DNA of 64,000 nt, taken from an uncultured Gemmatimonadales bacterium. Lineage in GTDB: Bacteria > Gemmatimonadota > Gemmatimonadetes > Longimicrobiales > RSA9. The stretch is taken from the NCBI GenBank assembly GCA_963783305.1, contig CAWAMW010000016.1, positions 384,001 through 448,000 of the forward strand, given 5' to 3'. Positions 1-11,481 of the stretch are shown piece by piece (the first letter of the stretch is position 1; each line of letters opens with the position of its first letter). The position numbers and the translations under genes were made by a program. The notes under the pieces are model-generated. The model saw only the letters and a program-made list of their open reading frames with translations, was not told the DNA's origin and searched no databases.

Positions 1-3000
1 GCGCACCCGCCGGCATTGCAGGCGGAAACCCGGTAAGTGTAGTCCGTGGCCTCGGCGGCGGCGGCGTCCGAGTAGCTCGTGGCGTCGGCCGCGAGCGTGG
101 CGATCTCCATGTAGCTGGCGCCGCGTCGCTGGAGCGTTCCACCGTGTAGCTCGACTCCGTGGCCACGTCCGCCCAGGTGAGGTCCACCTGCGTGGGCGAG
201 ATCACGGTGGCCCCGAGGCTCCCCGGCGCCGCGGGGGCGGGATCACTTCCTCATGTGGTGGCCGAGGCCAGGGCCGAGTAGGCGGAGCAGTCAGGGGGGG
301 CCAGCGGATCGCAGGCGCGCACCTGGTACTCGTAGGTGGTGCTGGGCTCCAGGCCGGTGTCCTCATACCCGGTGATGTCGGCGGCCGTGACCGCCACCTC
401 CGCGAAGGTCCCGCCGCTCACGCGCCGCTCGATCCGGTACTCGGACTCCGCACTGCTCTGGTCCACCCAGCTCAGGTCGATCCGGGTATCGGAGACGGCG
501 CTGGCGGCAGAGCCCCGTCGGCGGCGCCAGCGGCGTGGAGGCCGTCGCGGTGCTGGACGCGCACCCGCCGGCGTTGCAGGCCGAGACGCGGTAGGTGTAG
601 TCGGTGGCCTCCGCGGCCGCGGCGTCGGAGTAGCTCGTGACGTCGGCCGCGAGCGTGGCGAGCTCCGTGTAGCTGGCGCCTGCGGCGCTGGAGCGTTCGA
701 CTGTGTAGCCGGATTCCGTGGCCACGTCCGCCCAGGTGAGGTCCACCCGCGTGGGCGAGACCACGGTGGCCCCGAGGCTCCCCGGCGCCGCGGGCGGCGT
801 GATCACGTCCGTGGTGGCCGAGGCCTCAGCCGAGTAGGCAGAGCAGTCGCCGGTGTCGCAGGCGCGCACCCGGTACTCGTAGGTGGTGCTGGACTCCAGG
901 CCGGTGTCCTCATACCCGGTAATGTCGGCGGCCGTCACCGCCACCTCCGCGAAGATCCCGCCGCTCACGCGCCGCTCGATCCGGTACTCGGATTCGGCAC
1001 TGCTCTGGTCGGACCAGTTCAGGTCGATCCGCGTGTCGGAGACCGCGCTGGCCGAGAGACCTGTTGGCGGCGCCAGCGGCGTGGAGGCCGTCGCGGTGCT
1101 GGACGTGCACCCGCCGGCGTTGCAGGCGGAAACCCGGTAAGTGTAGTCCGTGGCCTCGGCGGCCGCGGCGTCCGAGTAGCTCGTGGCGTCGGCCGCGGGC
1201 GTGGCCAGCTCCGTGTAGGTGGCGCCTGCGTCGCTGGAGCGTTCGACTGTGTAGCCGGATTCCGTGGCCACGTCCGCCCAGGTGAGGTCCACCCGCGTGG
1301 ACGAGACCACGGTGGCCCCGAGGCTTCCCGGCGCCGCCGGGGGCGTGATTACTTCCTCATCGGTGGTGGCCGAGGCCAGGGCCGAGTAGGCGGAGCAGTC
1401 AGCGGTGGGGCCAGCGGCATCGCAGGCGCGCACCTGGTACTCGTAGGTGGTGCTGGGCTCCAGGCCGGTGTCCTCATACCCGGTGATGTCGGCGGCCGTG
1501 AGCGCCACCTCCGCGAAGGTCCCACCGCTCACGCGCCGCTCGATCCGGTACTCGGACTCCGCACTGCTCTGGTCGGCCCAGCTCAGGTCGATCTGGGTGT
1601 CGGAGACGGCGCTGGCGGCGAGCCCCGTCGGCGGCGCCAGCGGCGTGGAGGCCGTCGCGGTGCTGGACGCGCACCCGCCGGCGTTGCAGGCGGAGACGCG
1701 GTAGGTGTAGTCCGTGGCCTCCGCGGCCGCGGCGTCGGAGTAGCTCGTGACGTCGGCCGCGGGCGTGGCGAGGTCCGTGTAGGTGGCGCCGGCGTCGCTG
1801 GAGCGCTCCACCGTGTAGCCCGATTCCGTGGCCACGTCCGCCCAGGTGAGGTCCACCTGCGTGGGCGAGACCACGGTGGCCCCGAGGCTCCCCGGCGCCG
1901 CGGGCGGCGGGATCACGTCCGTCGTGGCCGAGGCCCAGGTCCGAGTAGGCAGAGCAGTCGCCAGCGTCGCAGGCGCGCACCTGGTACTCGTAGGTGGTGC
2001 TGGACTCCAGGCCGGTGTCCTCGTACCCGGTGATGTCGGCGGCCGTGACCGCCACCTCCGCGAAGGTCCCGCCGCTCACGCGCCGCTCGATCCGGTACTC
2101 GGACTCCGCACTGCTCTGGTCGGACCAGCTCAGGTCGATCCGCGTGTCGGAGACGGCGCTGGCCGCGAGACCTGTTGGCGGCGCCAGCGGCGTGGAGGCC
2201 GTCGCGGTGCTGGACGAGCACCCGCCGGCGTTGCAGGCCGAGACGCGGTAGGTGTAGTCGGTGGCCTCCGCGGCCGCGGCGTCGGAGTAGCTCGTGACGT
2301 CGGCCGCGAGCGTGGCGATCTCCGTGTAGCTGGCCCGCGTCGCTGGAGCGTTCGACTGTGTAGCCGGATTCCGTGGCCACGTCCGCCCAGGTGAGGTCCA
2401 CCTGCGTGGGCGAGACCACGGTGGCCCCGAGGCTCCCCGGCGCCGCGGGCGGCGGGATCACTTCCGTCGTGGCCGAGGCCAGGTCCGAGTAGGCAGAGCA
2501 GTCGCCAGCGTCGCAGGCGCGCACCTGGTACTCGTAGGTGGTGCTGGACTCCAGGCCGGTGTCCTCGTACCCGGTGATGTCGGCGGCCGTGACCGCCACC
2601 TCCGCGAAGGTCCCACCGCTCACGCGCCGCTCGATCCGGTACTCGGACTCCGCGCTGCTCTGGTCGGACCAGCTCAGGTCGATCCGGGTGTCGGAGACGG
2701 CGCTGGCCGAGAGGCCCGTTGGCGGCGCCAGCGGCGTGGAGGCCGTCACGGTGCTGGACGCGCACCCGCCGGCGTTACAGGCCGAGACGCGGTAGGTGTA
2801 GTCGGTGGCCTCCGCGGCCGCGGCGTCGGAGTAGCTCGTGACGTCGGCCGCGAGCGTGGCGATCTCCGTGTAGCTGGTCGCCCGCGTCGCTGGAGCGCTC
2901 CACCGTGTAGCCCGATTCCGTGGCCACGTCCGCCCAGGTGAGGTCCACCTGCGTGGCCGAGACCACGGTGGCCCCGAGGCTCCCCGGCGCCGCGGGCGGC

Positions 3001-6000
3001 GGGATCACGTCCGTCGTGGCCGAGGCCAGGTCCGAGTAGGCGGAGCAGTCGCCAGCGTCGCAGGCGCGCACCCGGTACTCGTAGGTGGTGCTGGACTCCA
3101 GGCCGGTGTCCTCGTACCCGGTGATGTCGGCGGCCGTGAGCGCCACCTCCGCGAAGGTCCCGCCGCTCACGCGCCGCTCGATCCGGTACTCGGACTCCGC
3201 GCTGCTCTGGTCGGACCAGCTCAGGTCGATCCGAGTGTCGGAGACGGCGCTGGCCGAGAGGCCCGTTGGCGGCGCCAGCGGCGTGGAGGCCGTCACGGTG
3301 CTGGACGAGCACCCGCCGGCGTTGCAGGCCGAGACGCGGTAGGTGTAGTCGGTGGCCTCCGCGGCCGCGGCGTCGGAGTAGCTCGTGACGTCGGCCGCGG
3401 GCGTGGCCAGCTCCGTGTAGCTGGCGCCTGCGTCGCTGGAGCGTTCGACTGTGTAGCCGGATTCCGTGGCCACGTCCGCCCAGGTGAGGTCCACCCGCGT
3501 GGCCGAGACCACGGTGGCCCCGAGGCTCCCCGGCGCCGCGGGCGGCGGGATCACGTCCGTCGTGGCCGAGGCCAGGCCGAGTAGGCAGAGCAGTCGCCAG
3601 CGTCGCAGGCGCGCACCCGGTACTCGTAGGTGGTGCTGGACTCCAGGCCGGTGTCCTCGTACCCGGTGATGTCGGCGGCCGTCACCGCCACCTCCGCGAA
3701 GATCCCGCCGCTCACGCGCCGCTCGATCCGGTACTCGGACTCCGCACTGCTCTGGTCGGACCAGCTCAGGTCGATCCGGGTGTCGGAGACCGCGCTGGCC
3801 GAGAGACCTGTTGGCGGCGCCAGCGGCGTGGAGGCCGTCGCGGTGCTGGACGTGCACCCGCCGGCGTTGCAGGCGGAGACCCGGTAGGTGTAGTCCGTGG
3901 CCTCCGCGGCCGCGGCGTCCGAGTAGCTCGTGGCGTCGGCCGCGGGCGTGGCGAGCTCCGTGTAGCTGGTCGCCTGCGTCGCTGGAGCGTTCGACTGTGT
4001 AGCCGGATTCCGTGGCCACGTCCGCCCAGGTGAGGTCCACCCGCGTGGACGAGACCACGGTGGCCCCGAGGCTCCCCGGCGCCGCCGGGGGCGTGATTAC
4101 TTCCTCATCGGTGGTGGCCGAGGCCAGGGCCGAGTAGGCGGAGCAGTCAGCGGTGGGGCCAGCGGCATCGCAGGCGCGCACCTGGTACTCGTAGGTGGTG
4201 CTGGGCTCCAGGCCGGTGTCCTCATACCCGGTGATGTCGGCGGCCGTGAGCGCCACCTCCGCGAAGGTCCCACCGCTCACGCGCCGCTCGATCCGGTACT
4301 CGGACTCCGCACTGCTCTGGTCGGCCCAGCTCAGGTCGATCCGCGTATCGGAGATGGCGCTGGCCGCGAGGCCCGTCGGCGGCGCCAGCGGCGTGGAGGC
4401 CGTCGCGGTGCTGGACGCGCACCCGCCGGCGTTGCAGGCGGAAACGCGGTAAGTGTAGTCCGTGGCCTCGGCGGCCGCGGCGTCCGAGTAGCTCGTGGCG
4501 TCGGCCGCCGGCGTGGCGAGGTCCGTGTAGCTGGTGCCGGCGTCACTGGAGCGCTCCACCGTGTAGCCCGTTTCCGTGGCCAAGTCCGTCCAGGTGAGGT
4601 CCACCTGCGTGGCCGAGACCACAGTGGCCACGAGGCTCCCCGGCGCCGCGGGCGGCGGGATCACGTCCGTCGTGGCCGAGGCCAGGTCCGAGTAGGCAGA
4701 GCAGTCGCCAGCGTCGCACGCACGCACCTGGTACTCGTAGGTGGTGCTGGACTCCAGGCCGGTGTCCTCGTACCCGGTGATGTCGGCGGCCGTGAGCGCC
4801 ACCTCCGCGAAGGTCCCGCCGCTCACCCGCCGCTCCATCCGGTACTCGGACTCCGCACTGCTCTGGTCCACCCAGCTCAGGTCGATCTGCGTATCGGAGA
4901 CGGCGCTGGCGGCGAGGCCCGTTGGCGGCGCCAGCGGCGTGGAGGCCGTCACGGTGCTGGACGAGCACCCGCCGGCGTTGCAGGCCGAGACGCGGTAGGT
5001 GTAGTCGGTGGCCTCCGCGGCCGCCGCGTCGGAGTAGCTCGTGACGTCGGCCGCGAGCGTGGCGATCTCCATGTAGCTGGCCCCGCGCGCTGGAGCGTTC
5101 GACTGTGTAGCCGGATTCCGTGGCCACGTCCGTCCAGGTGAGGTCCACCTGCGTGGGCGAGACCACGGTGGCCCCGAGGCTCCCCGGCGCCGCGGGCGGC
5201 GGGATCACGTCCGTCGTGGCCGAGGCCAGGTCCGAGTAGGCGGAGCAGTCGCCAGCGTCGCACGCACGCACCTGGTACTCGTAGGTGGTGCTGGACTCCA
5301 GGCCGGTGTCCTCGTACCCGGTGATGTCGGCGGCCGTCACCGCCACCTGGGCAAAGGTCCCACCGCTCACGCGCCGCTCGACCCGGTACTCGGACTCCGC
5401 GCTGCTCTGGTCGGACCAGCTCAGGTCGATCCGGGTGTCGGAGACCGCGCTGGCCGAGAGGCCCGTTGGCGGCGCCAGCGGCGTGGAGGCCGTCACGGTG
5501 CTGGACGAGCACCCGCCGGCGTTACAGGCCGAGACGCGGTAGGTGTAGTCGGTGGCCTCCGCGGCCGCGGCGTCGGAGTAGCTCGTGACGTCGGCCGCGA
5601 GCGTGGCGATCTCCGTGTAGCTGGTCCCCGCGTCGCTCGAGCGCTCCACCGTGTAGCTCGACTCCGTGGCCACGTCCGCCCAGGTGAGGTCCACCCGCGT
5701 GGGCGAGACCACGGTGGCCCCGAGGCTCCCCGGCGCCGCGGGCGGCGGGATCACGTCCGTCGTGGCCGAGGCCAGGTCCGAGTAGGCGGAGCAGTCGCCA
5801 GGGGGGCCGCGCGTCGCAGGCGCGCACCCGGTACTCGTAGGTGGTGCTGGACTCCAGGCCGGTGTCCTCGTACCCGGTGATGTCGGCGGCCGTGAGCGCC
5901 ACCTCCGCGAACGTCCCGCCGCTCACGCGCCGCTCGATCCGGTACTCGGACTCCGCGCTGCTCTGGTCGGACCAGCTCAGGTCGATCCGAGTGTCGGAGA

Positions 6001-9000
6001 CGGCGCTGGCCGAGAGGCCCGTTGGCGGCGCCAGCGGCGTGGAGGCCGTCACGGTGCTGGACGAGCACCCGCCGGCGTTGCAGGCCGAGACGCGGTAGGT
6101 GTAGTCGGTGGCCTCCGCGGCCGCGGCGTCGGAGTAGCTCGTGACGTCGGCCGCGAGCGTGGCGATCTCCGTGTAGCTGGTCCCCGCGTCGCTGGAGCGC
6201 TCCACCGTGTAGCCCGACTCCGTGGCCACGTCCGCCCAGGTGAGGTCCACCCGCGTGGCCGAGACCACGGTGGCCCCGAGGCTCCCCGGCGCCGCGGGCG
6301 GCGGGATCACGTCCGTCGTGGCCGAGGCCAGGTTCGAGTAGGCGGAGCAGTCGCCAGCGTCGCAGGCGCGCACCCGGTACTCGTAGGTGGTGCTGGACTC
6401 CAGGCCGGTGTCCTCGTACCCGGTGATGTCGGCGGCCGTGAGCGCCACCTCCGCGAACGCCCCGCCGCTCACGCGACGCTCGATCCGGTACTCGGACTCC
6501 GCGCTGCTCTGGTCGGACCAGCTCAGGTCGATCCGAGTGTCGGAGACGGCGCTGGCCGAGAGGCCCGTTGGCGGCGCCAGCGGCGTGGAGGCCGTCACGG
6601 TGCTGGACGAGCACCCGCCGGCGTTGCAGGCCGAGACGCGGTAGGTGTAGTCGGTGGCCTCCGCGGCCGCCGCGTCGGAGTAGCTCGTGACGTCGGCGGC
6701 GAGCGTGGCGATCTCCATGTAGCTGGTCCCCGCGTCGCTCGAGCGCTCCACCGTGTACCCTGACTCCGTGGCCACGTCCGCCCAGGTGAGGTCCACCCGC
6801 GTGGCCGAGACCACGGTGGCCCCGAGGCTCCCCGGCGCCGCGGGCGGCGGGATCACGTCCGTCGTGGCCGAGGCCAGGTTCGAGTAGGCGGAGCAGTCGC
6901 CAGCGGGGGCCGCACCGTCACAGGCGCGCACCCGGTACTCGTAGGTGGTGCTGGACTCCAGGCCGGTGTCCTCGTACCCGGTGCTGCCGGCGGCCGTCAC
7001 CGCCACATCCGCGAACGTCCCGCCGCTCACGCGCCGCTCGACCCGGTACTCGGACTCCGCGCTGCTCTGGTCGGACCAGCTCAGGTCGATCCGGGTGTCG
7101 GAGACCGCGCTGGCCGAGAGACCCGTTGGCGGCGCCAGCGGCGTGGAGGCCGTCACGGTGCTGGACGAGCACCCGCCGGCGTTACAGGCCGAGACGCGGT
7201 AGGTGTAGTCGGTGGCCTCCGCGGCCGCGGCGTCGGAGTAGCTCGTGACGTCGGCCGCGAGCGTGGCGATCTCCGTATAGCTGGCCCCGGCGCTGGAGCG
7301 CTCCACCGTGTAGTTCGACTCCGTGGCCACGTCCGCCCAGGTGAGGTCCACCCGCGTGGGCGAGATCACGGTGGCCCCGAGACTCCCCGGCGCTGCGGGG
7401 GGCGGGACCACGTCCGTGGTGGCCGAGGCCTCAGCCGAGTAGGCGGAGCAGTCGCCAGCGTCGCAGGCGCGCACCCGGTACTCGTAGGTGGTGCTGGACT
7501 CCAGGCCGGTGTCCTCGTACCCGGTGCTGCCGGCGGCCGTCACCGCCACCTCCGCGAACGCCCCGCCGCTCACGCGACGCTCGATCCGGTACTCGGACTC
7601 CGCGCCGCTCTGGTCGGACCAGCTCAGGTCGATCCGGGTGTCGGAGACCGCGCTGGCCGAGAGACCTGTTGGCGGCGCCAGCGGCGTGGAGGCCGTCACG
7701 GTGCTGGACGCGCACCCGCCGGCATTGCAGGCGGAAACCCGGTAAGTGTAGTCCGTGGCCTCGGCGGCCGCGGCGTCCGAGTAGATCGTGACGTCGGCCG
7801 CGAGCGTGGCGATCTCCGCGTAGCTGGCCCCGGCGGCGCTCGAGCGCTCCACCGTGTACTCTGACTCCGTGGCCACGTCCGTCCAGGCGAGGTCCACCTG
7901 CGTGGGCGAGATCACGGTGGCCACGAGGCTTCCTGGCGCCGCTGGCGGCGTGATTACTTCCGCCTCAGTGGTAGCCGAGGCCAGGGCCGAGTAGGCGGAG
8001 CAGTCAGCGGTGGGGCCAGCGGCATCGCAGGCGAGCACCTGGTACTCGTAGGTGGTGCTGGGGGCGAGGCCCGTGTCCTCGTGGCTGGTGCTGTTCGCAG
8101 CCTTCACCGCTATCTGGGAGAAGGTCCCGCCGCTGACGCGCCGCTCGATCCGGTACTCGGATTCCGCGCTGCTCTGGTCCACCCAGCTCAGGTCGATCTG
8201 CGTATCGGAAACGGCGCTGGCCGCGAGCCCCGACGGCGGCGCAAGCGGCGTGGAGGCCGTCACGGTGCTGGACGCGCACCCGGCGGAGTTGCAGGCGGAG
8301 ACGCGGTAGGTGTACTCCGTGGCTTCCGCGGCCGCGGCGTCGGAGTAGCTCGTGACGTCGGCGGCGAGCGTGGCGATCTCCGCGTAGCTGGTCCCCGCCT
8401 CGCTCGAGCGCTCCACCGTGTACCCTGACTCCGTGGCGACGTCCGTCCAGGTGAGGTCCACCTGCGTGGGCGAGATCACGGTGGCCACGAGGCTCCCGGG
8501 CGCCGCGGGGGGCGGGACCACGTCCGTGGTGGCCGAGGCCTCAGCCGAGTAGGCGGAGCAGTCGCCAGCGTCGCAGGCGCGCACCCGGTACTCGTAGGTG
8601 GTGCTGGGGGCGAGGCCCGTGTCCTCGTGGCTGGTGCTGTTCGCGGCCTTGATCGCCACCTCCGCGAAGGTCCCACCGCTCACGCGCCGCTCGATCCGGT
8701 ACTCGGACTCCGCGCTGCTCTGGTCGGACCAGCTCAGGTCGATCCGAGTGTCGGAGACGGCGCTGGCCGAGAGGCCCGTTGGCGGCGCCAGCGGCGTGGA
8801 GGCCGTCACGGTGCTGGACGCGCACCCGCCGGCATTGCAGGCGGAAACCCGGTAAGTGTAGTCCGTGGCCTCGGCGGCCGCGGCGTCCGAGTAGCTCGTG
8901 GCGTCGGCCGCGGGCGTGGCCAGCTCCGTGTAGGTGGCGCCTGCGTCGCTGGAGCGTTCGACTGTGTAGCCGGATTCCGTGGCCACGTCCGCCCAGGTGA

Positions 9001-9600
9001 GGTCCACCCGCGTGGACGAGACCACGGTGGCTCCGAGGCTCGCCGGCGCTGCGGGGGGGTCGGGCATGCCCGCGCTCGTGCTAACGGAGACTGGGCCGTT
9101 GTAAGCGGAGCACCCGCCGTCATTACAGGCACGCACCCGGTACTCATAGCTGGTGCTGGGCTCGAGCCCAGCCTCGCCGAAGCTCGTGGTGTTGGCGCCG
9201 ACCGATCCGACTTCTGCGAATGTTCCGCCCACCGTGCGGCGCTCGATCCTGAAGCTGGTCTCGGTGGCGCTGTTGTCGACCCACGCGACGTCGACCGTCG
9301 TCGGGCTGGTGGCTTCGGCCGTGATGCTGGAGGGAGCTACGGGTGGTGTCGTGGGAGAAATCGCCTCTGAGAATGATGAACACCCCGCACTGTTGCACGC
9401 CCGCACCTGATAGACGTACCGCCCATCCGCCGCCACCGCCTCGTCCTGGTACGTCACCACGTTGGTATCCACGGTCGCGAGGAGCGAGACCGCCGCTTCC
9501 CCCGGCGCCTGCCGGTGGATCTGGAAGCCTGTCTCATCGTCGCTGTTGTCACTCCACACCAGAACCACGGCGCTGGCGGAGACAGTTGCCGCGTCCAGGT
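1..9600. repeat. Intragenic tandem repeat, ~546 bp unit (two FN3 domains), 17 complete copies plus a partial copy
   Basis: The same anchor recurs at 336, 883, 1447, 1994, 2538, 3085, 3630, 4195, 4741, 5285, 5841, 6387, 6945, 7488, 8052, 8598 and 9153 (spacing 543-565 bp). Confidence 0.95.
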
Positions 9601-10354
9601 CGGAGGGAGGCGCGGGCACGTTCTGCTGGACCTGGAGCGTCACTTCCAGCGCCGCCGGCGAGTTGGTCGCCGCTGGATCCGACACCAGCACAGTGGCGGC
9701 GTAGGTGCCGCCCATGAGCGACCCGGTCTCCACCGTCAGCGTCATCGTGGAAGGCGCCTCCGGCCCCGATAGCGCCACGTTCAGCCATCCCGCGGGACCC
9801 TCCCCATACGTCACTGTCGCTGAAAGCTCTGTCAGAGAGCCGGCGCCGCCGTTGGTGATCTCAATCTCGATCGGGTTCGGCGCCCGCCCTCCCGCTGCCA
9901 CGGAGAAAGCCACGGAGCTTCGGTTCAAGTCGATCCGCGGCATGTCGAGGACGACAACTGAGGCCCTCCCGACCTGGCCTTCCGCCGTCGCTGTGATTTC
10001 CGTCGCTCCCGCACCGTCGGCGAAAGCGAGACCCGTCTGGTCGATGCGAACGATCGCCGGGTTCTCGCTTCGCCATGCCACGTCTCGTCCGGAGAGGACG
10101 TCCTCTTCACCGCCGTAGAGTTCTGCTCTGAACTGCATGCCTTGACCAAGAACGAGCTCCGCCTCCCCCGGGACGACCACGACGGTCGACACCGGCACGG
10201 CGTTCACCACCAGTTCTTCGCAGCCCACGAGCACCGCGAGCCCCACCAACGCCCGCACAAGGATCCATCGGCGGGCTGTGCCGCCGGCCGAACGTCCCGA
10301 AGGGAGCGGGCTCGCCGATCGGATGTCTCGAGAGGGGCGGCGACTCTTCATCAC
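1..10354 (-). CDS. Giant surface lipoprotein: Ig-like (Big_2) and BACON-like domains followed by >=35 tandem FN3 domains; frameshifted in this sequence; 3' end beyond window
   Basis: ORF 5522..10354 has a lipobox (LAVLVG-C) and an Ig-like segment (VVVVPGEAELVLG...W.SENPAIVRID.TG). FN3 motifs (W.D.S..E..Y.IER; L...T.Y.Y.V.A) continue in the frameshifted ORFs 4543..5754, 2775..5072, 1913..2749, 363..1916 and 251..466. Confidence 0.85.
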
Positions 10355-11481
10355 GGGGCCTCGCCGTATCGGATCCGAATGAAGCGCATGCCAAGGGATT
10401 CCGCCGAGAGCCGGGGTGCCGGGGACAGGTCGAGACGCAAGGAGCGATCAGCGGTGACAGGGAGGGTCAGGCCGGTGTCCCGGCCGTCGGCCTTCAGGGC
10501 GGCTTCGACGGCGCTGATGAGCATCAAGCCGACGCCTACCGCGAGCGCCGGCACGAGGAACGGACGTTCCGTCTTCTGCGAAGCGATGGCATCGGGGGGA
10601 CAGCCACCGGTTGGAGACGGTGCCCGGCAATCGATCGTCGTCCGCTCATACAGGTACCCCGTGGCACCCGCACCGACGACCATTCCGGTGACGAGAACGC
10701 CGACGATCGGCCGACCGGTGTAATAGTGACCGCCTCCAGGTAGCACCGCCCCCAGCAGGAACGTTCCCGCCGGGCTGCGGGCTCGTGGGTTCTGACCGAG
10801 CGGCTGAAAGGTGGCGTGAATCGCCTCCCTGTCATCGGCGTCCGGACGCAGCTCGAGATACTGGAACAGGTCGGCCCGCGCCTCATCGACGCGCGTCATG
10901 GCGAGCCGCACCAGCCCCCGGTCGTAAAGCGCCTCGGGCACCACGTGGCGGTCCAGAAGTGCGCTGAAAAGCTCATCCGAGCGCTCGGCCTCACCGGCTC
11001 CAAACGCCGCCACCGCTTCCAGGAACCGACCCCGGAGGTTGGACCCAGCCCCCTCCTCCATCGCCTGCTCCAGTCGACGGCGCGCCTCGGCCGCCGATGG
11101 GCCGTCAGGCGCGATGCTGAGGTACCGGCAGAACCACTCTACGCCGGCCCCGGTATCCTCCGACTCGGAAGCAATGCGCCCGCGCAGGTAGAGCGCTTCC
11201 GCCGACGCCGGATCTCTACCGAGCGCACGGTCCAAGAACTCCGCGGCCACGGCCAGATCGCCGAGGATCATCGCCTGCGTGGCCGCGTCCACCAACCGCT
11301 GCACTTCAGCAGGGGCTTCGCCAGCGGGGCTCGCATCGGCGGGAGCAGGATCGCACAGAAAGGATACGGCGGGGGCCTCTCCTTTGAGCGCCAGCGTCTG
11401 ACCAACGGCCTGGGTGGCTGCGCTCAGTCCCAGGAGCGCGAGCCCCATGGCCGACCCGTGCCGCAATCGGGTAGCGATCAT
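10351..11481 (-). CDS. Secreted TPR-repeat protein with C-terminal hydrophobic segments
   Basis: Signal peptide; TPR-like helices (AEALYLRGRIA, PEALYDRGLVRL, LFQYLELRP); LGAVLPGGGHYYTG membrane motif; 4-nt overlaps with both neighbours. Confidence 0.75.
   Translation of the reverse strand: MIATRLRHGSAMGLALLGLSAATQAVGQTLALKGEAPAVSFLCDPAPADASPAGEAPAEVQRLVDAATQAMILGDLAVAAEFLDRALGRDPASAEALYLRGRIASESEDTGAGVEWFCRYLSIAPDGPSAAEARRRLEQAMEEGAGSNLRGRFLEAVAAFGAGEAERSDELFSALLDRHVVPEALYDRGLVRLAMTRVDEARADLFQYLELRPDADDREAIHATFQPLGQNPRARSPAGTFLLGAVLPGGGHYYTGRPIVGVLVTGMVVGAGATGYLYERTTIDCRAPSPTGGCPPDAIASQKTERPFLVPALAVGVGLMLISAVEAALKADGRDTGLTLPVTADRSLRLDLSPAPRLSAESLGMRFIRIRYGEAP

Noticed and set aside
336..9410. 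Repeated 85-aa plus-strand ORFs (MVLDSRPVSSY...)
   Set aside because: Antisense shadows of the FN3 repeats.
1..9600. Diversity-generating retroelement acting on the repeats
   Set aside because: No reverse transcriptase in the window, and differences between copies are not visibly adenine-specific.
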